From assembly GCA_044344255.1 (NCBI GenBank), contig JBIJDH010000005.1:128001-192000 (forward strand): a stretch of DNA of 64,000 bases, given 5' to 3'. The notes under the pieces are model-generated. The model was given only the letters and a program-made list of their open reading frames with translations, was not told where the DNA came from and searched no databases. Numbering within the stretch: position 1 is the first letter of the stretch; each line of letters starts with the position of its first letter. A program made the position numbers and the translations under genes. This DNA comes from Myxococcota bacterium. GTDB taxonomy: Bacteria > Myxococcota_A > UBA796 > UBA2385. Below, in pieces: positions 57,990 to 64,000 of the stretch.

Positions 57990-59279
57990 TCAGGGCGTTC
58001 GCCGTCGGCGGACGAGGCGGTCGACGTTGCCGAGCAGCGCGTGGTCGACGGCGGAGAGCGCGGTGTGCACCGCCGAGCCCGCGGGGCCCTGGATCGCAGG
58101 GGCGGCGCGGGTGCGCCAGGCGCGCAGCACCTCGGAGGCGGGCACGGTCTCGGGCGGGCGCGCCGGTGAGTAGCGGCCGTCCTCGGACTCGAGGAGGAAG
58201 CCCGACTCCTCGAGCACCTCGAGGGCGCGCTGCACATGCCGCGGCTCGGCGCCGGTGAGGGCGACCACCGCCTCCTTCGTGGGGGCCCCCTCGTCGCCCA
58301 TCCAGCGCTCGACCACGACCGCCAGCACGTTCAGCGCGAAGAAGCCGTCGGCCTGACGGTCCCCGGAGAGGGGGTCGACGGCGCGGCGGCGCTGGGAGTC
58401 GACGAGGGCGCCGTGGTTCTGGACCAGCCAGGCCACCTCGACCCCGAAGAGCACGATGAGCCAGAGGGTGTAGGTCCAAATCAAGAAGACCGGGAGGAAG
58501 GCCACCGAGCCGTAGATGCGCGCGAGGTTGTCCTTTGTGCCGAGCATCTCGGTGTACTCGCCGAAGCCGGCCTTGGCCGCCTCGAATGCGATCGCGCTCA
58601 CGAGGCCGCCGGTGAGCGCGGCCCGCCAGGACACCGGCGTGCAGGGGAGGAGGCGGATCGCGCTCACGAGCGCGGTGGCCGTGATCAGCACCGGCAGGAC
58701 GCGGCCGAGCAGCCGGGCGTCGGAGGCCGTGGCGCCGAGGCGGGCGGAGAGCACGAAGCCCGTGGCGATGAGCAGGGGCCCGAGCGTGATGCCTGCATAG
58801 AAGAGCACGAAGCGGAGGAGCCAACTGCGCTTCACGCGGGTCTGGAAGATGTCGTTGTACGCGAGCTCGGCGTTAAAATAGAGCTGGGCCCCGATGAGCA
58901 TGATGCCCACCACGCCGAAGATGCCGAGCGTGCCGATGTTGGCGCCCACGAGCAGGGTGTCCAGGGCCGAGCCCACCTCCTCGACGCTGTCGGCGAGCAT
59001 GGAGTCGTAGAGCACCGCCCGCACGGCGCCGCTCGTGGTGGCGGCGAGGCCGAGCGGCCCGGTCAACGCGAAGCCGAGCACGAGGATGGGTACGATGGCC
59101 ACGGCGGTCCAATAGGAGAGCATCGCCGCGCGGACGTGGAGGCGGTCGCGGATGAGCTCGCGGACCAGCACCACGAGCACGTGGATGAGCTCGACCACCC
59201 CGCGGAACAGCGGGGAGCCCGCGGGGCCGAGGCGCCCGGCCGCCGCGTCCTCATAGAGCCGACGGAACCACGTCCACAT
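57990..59279 (-). CDS. YihY/BrkB family membrane protein with C-terminal wHTH
   Basis: RAAMLSY.T...IVP, YGS.A.LP.FL.W.Y..W.IVLFG.E. Confidence 0.9.
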   Translation of the reverse strand: MWTWFRRLYEDAAAGRLGPAGSPLFRGVVELIHVLVVLVRELIRDRLHVRAAMLSYWTAVAIVPILVLGFALTGPLGLAATTSGAVRAVLYDSMLADSVEEVGSALDTLLVGANIGTLGIFGVVGIMLIGAQLYFNAELAYNDIFQTRVKRSWLLRFVLFYAGITLGPLLIATGFVLSARLGATASDARLLGRVLPVLITATALVSAIRLLPCTPVSWRAALTGGLVSAIAFEAAKAGFGEYTEMLGTKDNLARIYGSVAFLPVFLIWTYTLWLIVLFGVEVAWLVQNHGALVDSQRRRAVDPLSGDRQADGFFALNVLAVVVERWMGDEGAPTKEAVVALTGAEPRHVQRALEVLEESGFLLESEDGRYSPARPPETVPASEVLRAWRTRAAPAIQGPAGSAVHTALSAVDHALLGNVDRLVRRRRTP

Positions 59280-59309
59280 GGGAGCCCCCTTCGACCTTCG
59301 GCCGGCCGT

Positions 59310-61445
59310 TCAGACGTCGAGGCCGATCACGGCCCACTCGAGGGTCGGCGGCGCGCGCTTGATGCCCGTCCCCTTGACCCAGACCCGGCCGCCGCTCGGC
59401 AGGCGACGGAGGGGGCTGAGGTCGGTGACCTGCGGGCAGTCGGAGAGGATGAGGGCCCGGAGGCCGCGGAGGGCCGACAAGGGGGTGAGGTCGCGGAGCC
59501 CATGGCAGCCGTGCAGGGCCAGGGCCTGGAGGTTGGGCAGGCGGGAGAGGGGCTCGAGGTCCTTGATCGCGGTGCAGCCGCCGAGGTCGAGCCAGCGCAG
59601 CTCCGAGAGGGAGCCGAGCGGCTCGAGGTGCTCGATGCCCACGCAGCCGCGGGCGTCCATCCACTGCAACTTTCGGTTGAAGGCGAGGGGGGAGAGGTCG
59701 GTGACCCGGACGCAGCCGTGCAGGTCGAGTCGGCTGAGCTGGCGGAGGTGGGAGATCGGACCGAGGTCTACGATCTCCGCACAGTCGGCCAGCGAGAGGG
59801 CGACCTGGTCTTCGAGGGCGGCGAGGGGCCGCAGGTCGCGGGTCCAGGGGGGGACGCGCCCCCGGTCGGTCGCCCAGCGTCGGATGGCCTCGCCGACGAG
59901 GCGATGGGCGGCGGTGCGCATCTTGTCGGGCACGGCGGTGTGATCGCGGATGGCCTGGGCGAGCGGGCCGAGCGCGTCCATGTCGGCGAGGGTCTGGCGG
60001 CGACCGCCGCCGAGGAGCTGCGTGTAGACCTTCTCGGCCTGCGCCGGATCGGCCGCGAGCTGCTCGAAGACCTGTCCGAGCTCGACCGCACCCTCTCGTC
60101 GGCGGGCCCAGCCCTTGAGCGCGGCTACCGACTGGGCGCTCGGGGCCTCGGCCTGGAGCGATCGGGCGATGCTGCCCGCCGCGAGGTGGACCTGCAGCTC
60201 GGCGGAACAAAAGCGGACGGAGCGGTCGGTGGCGTCGAGGAAGGGGGCGCGCTCCAGCACCAGCTCGACGAAGGTGCTGGCGACGACCTCGCCGGGGTCC
60301 TCCTCGTGGGTGGCACGGGCGGCGGCGCGGGCGAGCTCGGTGACCTCCTCTTGCGGGACACCGCCGTCCCCCTGGCCAGAGCGCGCCGCGAGGTCGCCGA
60401 AGAAGCGCCGCCGGGCCTCTCCGCCGAGGCCGGAGGCGTCGCCGAGGAGCCCGATGGTGACGTCGCGGAGCTGATCGAGCAGCCCGGGGAGGCTGTTGGA
60501 GAGCCCTCCCGGACCCTCCCGCGCGAGGGCGAGCAGGGGGAGCCAGCAAGGCAGGCGGCTCCCGAGCCTGCGGGAGGCGACCTCGAGCTCCGCGGCCAGC
60601 GCTCGGCCCTCCGCCGCCTCGGCCTCCGGGGTGAGGTGGCGGAGGGAGGTCCAGCGCTCCGACCAGGCGCGGACCTGGTGGGCGTCGAAGGGGTGGATGT
60701 GCCAGGCGGGCACCTCCACCTCGGCCGAGGCCGACACGGTGGCCAAGGACGGCGGCAGGTCTTCGTCGGGGGAGACCTCCTCCCGGAGCGGCAGGGCGCC
60801 GTAGCGGGCGGCGTCGGCGGTGATGAGCCAGGTGCAGGAGGGGAAGCGCCACATCCCGTCGAGGATCGCGTCGCGGAGGGCCTCGCGGGCGCCACGGTCC
60901 TCGACCTCGTCGTAGCCGTCGAGCACGAAGAGCACCTGCCCGCGGTCGAGGAGGGCCAGCAGCACGCTGTCGAGGCCGGGGTACCACCAGGGGCGCCCTT
61001 GCTGGAGGGAGAGCAGCGCCTCGACGGTGCGCCCCATTCGTTGCACGGCGAGGCGCCGCAGCGGGAACCAGAGCGGCACCATCCGGCCGAGGCGGTCGAT
61101 CACCGGGTTGTGCGTGGGGTCGGTCAGGGCGTGGATGAGCTCGGCGGCCAGGGTGGAGCGACCGCCCCCGCGCGGGGAGAGGAGCACGATCCTGCGGTGC
61201 AGGTCGAAGAGATCGAAGAGGTCGACCGTGGCCGAGGCCTTGCCTGCGACGGCCGGCGAGGGCCCGAGGCGGGGCGGGATGTAGAGCTCGCTCAGCGGTA
61301 CGAGCCCTCCGCTGCCACCGCGCGGAGCGGGGACAGGCAGCGAGGCGTGCGCCTGCCGGTGCCAGGCCAGGTAGCGGATGAGCGAGCCGTGATCCCAGGG
61401 GTTGAGGAAGGCCCCGGGGTCGGGCGTGGAGCTGGAGCGGTTCAT
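59310..61445 (-). CDS. NACHT-like NTPase with C-terminal leucine-rich repeats
   Basis: L.ELYIPPRL, IVLLSPRGGGRST, VLFVLDGYDEV; about six LRRs of the form L..L.L.GC..I.DL.PL. Confidence 0.8.
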   Translation of the reverse strand: MNRSSSTPDPGAFLNPWDHGSLIRYLAWHRQAHASLPVPAPRGGSGGLVPLSELYIPPRLGPSPAVAGKASATVDLFDLFDLHRRIVLLSPRGGGRSTLAAELIHALTDPTHNPVIDRLGRMVPLWFPLRRLAVQRMGRTVEALLSLQQGRPWWYPGLDSVLLALLDRGQVLFVLDGYDEVEDRGAREALRDAILDGMWRFPSCTWLITADAARYGALPLREEVSPDEDLPPSLATVSASAEVEVPAWHIHPFDAHQVRAWSERWTSLRHLTPEAEAAEGRALAAELEVASRRLGSRLPCWLPLLALAREGPGGLSNSLPGLLDQLRDVTIGLLGDASGLGGEARRRFFGDLAARSGQGDGGVPQEEVTELARAAARATHEEDPGEVVASTFVELVLERAPFLDATDRSVRFCSAELQVHLAAGSIARSLQAEAPSAQSVAALKGWARRREGAVELGQVFEQLAADPAQAEKVYTQLLGGGRRQTLADMDALGPLAQAIRDHTAVPDKMRTAAHRLVGEAIRRWATDRGRVPPWTRDLRPLAALEDQVALSLADCAEIVDLGPISHLRQLSRLDLHGCVRVTDLSPLAFNRKLQWMDARGCVGIEHLEPLGSLSELRWLDLGGCTAIKDLEPLSRLPNLQALALHGCHGLRDLTPLSALRGLRALILSDCPQVTDLSPLRRLPSGGRVWVKGTGIKRAPPTLEWAVIGLDV

Positions 61446-61455
61446 TCGCGTGGGT

Positions 61456-62361
61456 TCAGGACCGTTCGGCGGAGCGGCCCGGCACCCGGCGATCGATCAG
61501 GGCCGCCAGGAGCGCCTGCGCGGTCGACGCGTCGAGCAGGGCGTCGGCCAGCCAGTCGGCCTCTTCGGAGGAGGGCGCAGCGAGCAGCGCGGCGCGGGCC
61601 TCCGCCTCGGCGGGGAAGCGCCGCTCGAGTTGGCGGGCGAGGAGCCTGCGCTGCCCTTCGGCGATGCCTTCGGCGATGCCTTCGGCTTTGCCCTCGGCCT
61701 TGCCCTCGGCTTTGCCCTCGGCTTTGCCCTCGGCTTTGCCCTCGGCCTTGCCCTCGGTGTGTCCCTCGGCGCGGACCTCGTCGAGGTCGCGGTATCCGAA
61801 ACGTTGGAGCATGTTGCGCAGGACGACGGCCTCTGCGGCGCCAGGGCTGTAGAGGGCCTCGACCGGGACGGGGTTCTCGAGCACGCCGGGGGCGTGGAGC
61901 CACTCGCCTGCGACCCGCGTCACGCGCGGGCGCCCGGGCTCGTAGACCTCGACCCTCCGAGGCCCGTCCAGCCGCACCACCCACAGGTGCTTCGTCCCTG
62001 CGGCCAGGAGCTCTTCGATCTTCAGGCGGAGCTCGGTGAAGTCCTGCCCGGGCCCCGCGTACTCGATGGCCAGCGGGGGCGCCTTCCGCTCCCAGTCGTC
62101 GTCGCCGCCCTCGTCGCTGAAGACGGCCACGTCGGGCGCGCGGAGCATGCCGGGGTGTGTGCTGACCCCGAGCTCCACGCCGGCCCGCTTAACGAGCGGG
62201 TCGCTCTTGACGATCGCCGCTCCCCAGGCCTGGGCCTCGCTGCCGCCCTTCTTCGTCGGCAGGCACTCGACGCGCCGACCGTTGGAGAGCTCGACGGGGT
62301 CTCCGCTGCGGATCTGGTCGGCGGTCCAGGATGGGGTCGGGCTCAGGAGTGGTTCAGGCAT
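61456..62361 (-). CDS. Uma2 family endonuclease with (EGKA)n repeat and DUF4351-like tail
   Basis: ELSNG, RAPDVAV, PPLAIEYA, WVV; EGKA repeats; LLARQLERRF. Confidence 0.85.
   Translation of the reverse strand: MPEPLLSPTPSWTADQIRSGDPVELSNGRRVECLPTKKGGSEAQAWGAAIVKSDPLVKRAGVELGVSTHPGMLRAPDVAVFSDEGGDDDWERKAPPLAIEYAGPGQDFTELRLKIEELLAAGTKHLWVVRLDGPRRVEVYEPGRPRVTRVAGEWLHAPGVLENPVPVEALYSPGAAEAVVLRNMLQRFGYRDLDEVRAEGHTEGKAEGKAEGKAEGKAEGKAEGKAEGIAEGIAEGQRRLLARQLERRFPAEAEARAALLAAPSSEEADWLADALLDASTAQALLAALIDRRVPGRSAERS
61653..61770 (-). repeat. 12-bp coding tandem repeat (EGKA/EGIA)
   Basis: gccgagggcaar units. Confidence 0.9.
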
Positions 62362-62434
62362 AGGCCATCCTACCCGGAAAGGTCCGGCCGTGCAGGCGGG
62401 GGCGGCCGAGCGGCGGTCGAGCGGCGGTCGAGCC

Positions 62435-64000
62435 TCAGGTCGTGCCGCGGTCTTCGACCTTTTGGAGCCGATCTCGCAGCGCCTTGTTCTCGTCGCGGAG
62501 CTTGTCGAGGTCGGCGCGCAGGGTGGAGAGGCCGGCCTCGGTGCTGCGCCCGGCGGCGACGCGGTTGGCCGCGTTCCAGGCGGTGCGGGCGAGGCGCCCG
62601 TCGCCGTCGCTCTCGTGGATGGCGTGCAGGAGCGCGAGGGAGCGCGGGTCCTTCGCGGCGCCGAGCCCGCCGATGGCGGCCATGCGGACCCGGAAGGGGG
62701 CCTCACGGGCGAGCTCGAGGAGGGCGTCTACGGCCGGGCGGCGGGTGGACTCGACCTCATCGGCGAGGCGGCCGAGCGCGGCGGCGGCGGCGGCGCGGGG
62801 GCGGGCGCCCTTGTCGGGGCTGGTCCAGGAGAGGAGCAGCGGCAAGGCGGCGGGATCCTGGGCGGCGCCGAGGGCCTCGAGAGCGCGGCTGCGCAGGAGG
62901 TCGTTCCAGGCGTCTCGACGGAGCGCCGCCTCGGCCCGGGCGAGGTTGCCGGGGGCCCGCAGGCGCCCGAGCGACTTGATGAGCTCCCCCTCCACCTGGA
63001 GCGAGGCGTCCGGCGCCTCGGCCCGGGCGAGCAGGGCCTCGACCACCTTGCGGCTGCGGACGCCACCCAGCGCGGTCACGATGGCCTTGCGCACCTTGGG
63101 GTGCGGATCGTCGAGGGCCAGGATGAGGGCGGCCTCCGCGACCTCGCCGCCCCGCTTGCCGAGGAGGCCGGCGAGCTCCACCCGCACCCCCCAGAAGGTG
63201 TCGGCGCGGAGGGCGGCGCAGAGGCCGGTGATGGCGGCCTTGGAGCCGTCCTTCAAGAGCGCCTGGCCGGCGCGGACGCGGCCGACAGGGCCCGGATCCT
63301 GCTGCAGCGAGGAGAGCAGCCAGCCCCGCGGCCCGGAGAGCGTGAGCTCGAGCAGCGTGCTGAAGTGCGCGTCGACCTCGACCCGCAGCGGCTCCTCGGC
63401 GAGCGGCAACAGGAAGGAGCGCTCGCGCTCGGTGACCCGGAGGACCCGCTCGACCGGCGTGCCCTCGGCGCCGACGACGCGCAGCGAGAGCGGGAAGTGG
63501 AAGGCCTCGCTGACCCCCTCCCCGGACTGGGTCTGCTTGACGGAGACGCTGAGCGCGCCTTCGCCGTAGGCGAGCGAGACCTCGACGGTGGGGTGCCCGG
63601 CCCCCTCGACGCGGCTCTGGAAGAAGCCGTCGAGGTTGCGGCCGCTGGCCTCCTCCATCGCCCGCTGGAGGTGCCGGGTGTGGACGGTGCCACCGCCGTG
63701 CCGCTCCAGATACTGGCGGGTTCCGGCCCAGAAGGCGGCCTCGCCGAGCTCGGTGCGCAGGCTGTGGAGCACGAGGCCGCCCTTCTCGTAGAGGTGGCGG
63801 TCGAAGAGGTCGATCGGGTTCTTGAAGCGGTAATGGACGATCGAGCGCCGGTAGGAGCCGCCGTCCTCCTCCAGATAGCCCTGGAGCTGGCCGTACAGGC
63901 CGTACTCCGCCTCGTCGGCGCCGAGGTCGTGGCGGGCCCAGAGGTACTCGCTGTAGGTGGCCCAGCCCTCGTTCAGCCAGGCCTGGCTCCAATCCTGGCA
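62435..64000 (-). CDS. pepN: M1 family aminopeptidase with HEAT repeats and C-terminal coiled coil (5' end outside the window)
   Basis: WLNEGWATY and YEKGGLVLH (M1 catalytic Glu/Tyr motifs); HEAT repeats. Confidence 0.88.
   Translation of the reverse strand, partial: CQDWSQAWLNEGWATYSEYLWARHDLGADEAEYGLYGQLQGYLEEDGGSYRRSIVHYRFKNPIDLFDRHLYEKGGLVLHSLRTELGEAAFWAGTRQYLERHGGGTVHTRHLQRAMEEASGRNLDGFFQSRVEGAGHPTVEVSLAYGEGALSVSVKQTQSGEGVSEAFHFPLSLRVVGAEGTPVERVLRVTERERSFLLPLAEEPLRVEVDAHFSTLLELTLSGPRGWLLSSLQQDPGPVGRVRAGQALLKDGSKAAITGLCAALRADTFWGVRVELAGLLGKRGGEVAEAALILALDDPHPKVRKAIVTALGGVRSRKVVEALLARAEAPDASLQVEGELIKSLGRLRAPGNLARAEAALRRDAWNDLLRSRALEALGAAQDPAALPLLLSWTSPDKGARPRAAAAAALGRLADEVESTRRPAVDALLELAREAPFRVRMAAIGGLGAAKDPRSLALLHAIHESDGDGRLARTAWNAANRVAAGRSTEAGLSTLRADLDKLRDENKALRDRLQKVEDRGTT

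Noticed and set aside
54630..62039. Very long ORFs 54630-57971 and 58236-62039 (likewise 26097-28973, 33330-35957 and 4241-6772)
   Set aside because: Shadow frames of real genes in high-GC DNA; only 57138-57971 of the first is a real CDS.

Overview
High-GC bacterial chromosomal window. The gene content and protein styles suggest Myxococcota or a related deltaproteobacterial lineage: CdnL, a MXAN_0976/0977-type MbnP/MbnH pair, many Ser/Thr kinases, Uma2 nucleases and Asp-Ala repeat lipoproteins. There are about 50 real CDSs; most other ORFs in the track are GC-rich shadow frames. I found no rRNA, tRNA, CRISPR array or transposase. Housekeeping genes cluster at the right end (rpoZ, nhaA, rdgB, cdnL/carD, lptF/G-like, yihY, M1 aminopeptidase). 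Main points of interest: (1) a compact candidate graspetide (ATP-grasp RiPP) cluster at 38.7-40.8 kb, with a sigma54 promoter, a 38-aa precursor not called as such in the ORF track, a stem-loop, a prolyl-4-hydroxylase-like 2OG-Fe(II) oxygenase and a divergent MvdC/D-like ligase; (2) directly downstream, a translationally coupled, AT-richer three-gene module (HEPN-like, KGGxGR ParA-like ATPase, second P-loop ATPase) that looks like an uncharacterised defence or conflict system; (3) a RegB/RegA-like two-component system with three matching operator boxes in front of a copper-type MbnP/MbnH, YtkA and outer-membrane-protein module; (4) an FHA-wHTH regulator operon containing a VHL-beta-domain lipoprotein, divergent from a broken receptor kinase, with 4x11-bp repeats between them; (5) an apparently catalytically dead glutamyl-tRNA synthetase paralog between cdnL and rdgB; (6) a NACHT-LRR protein. 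All family assignments come from motif recognition by eye, not database searches.
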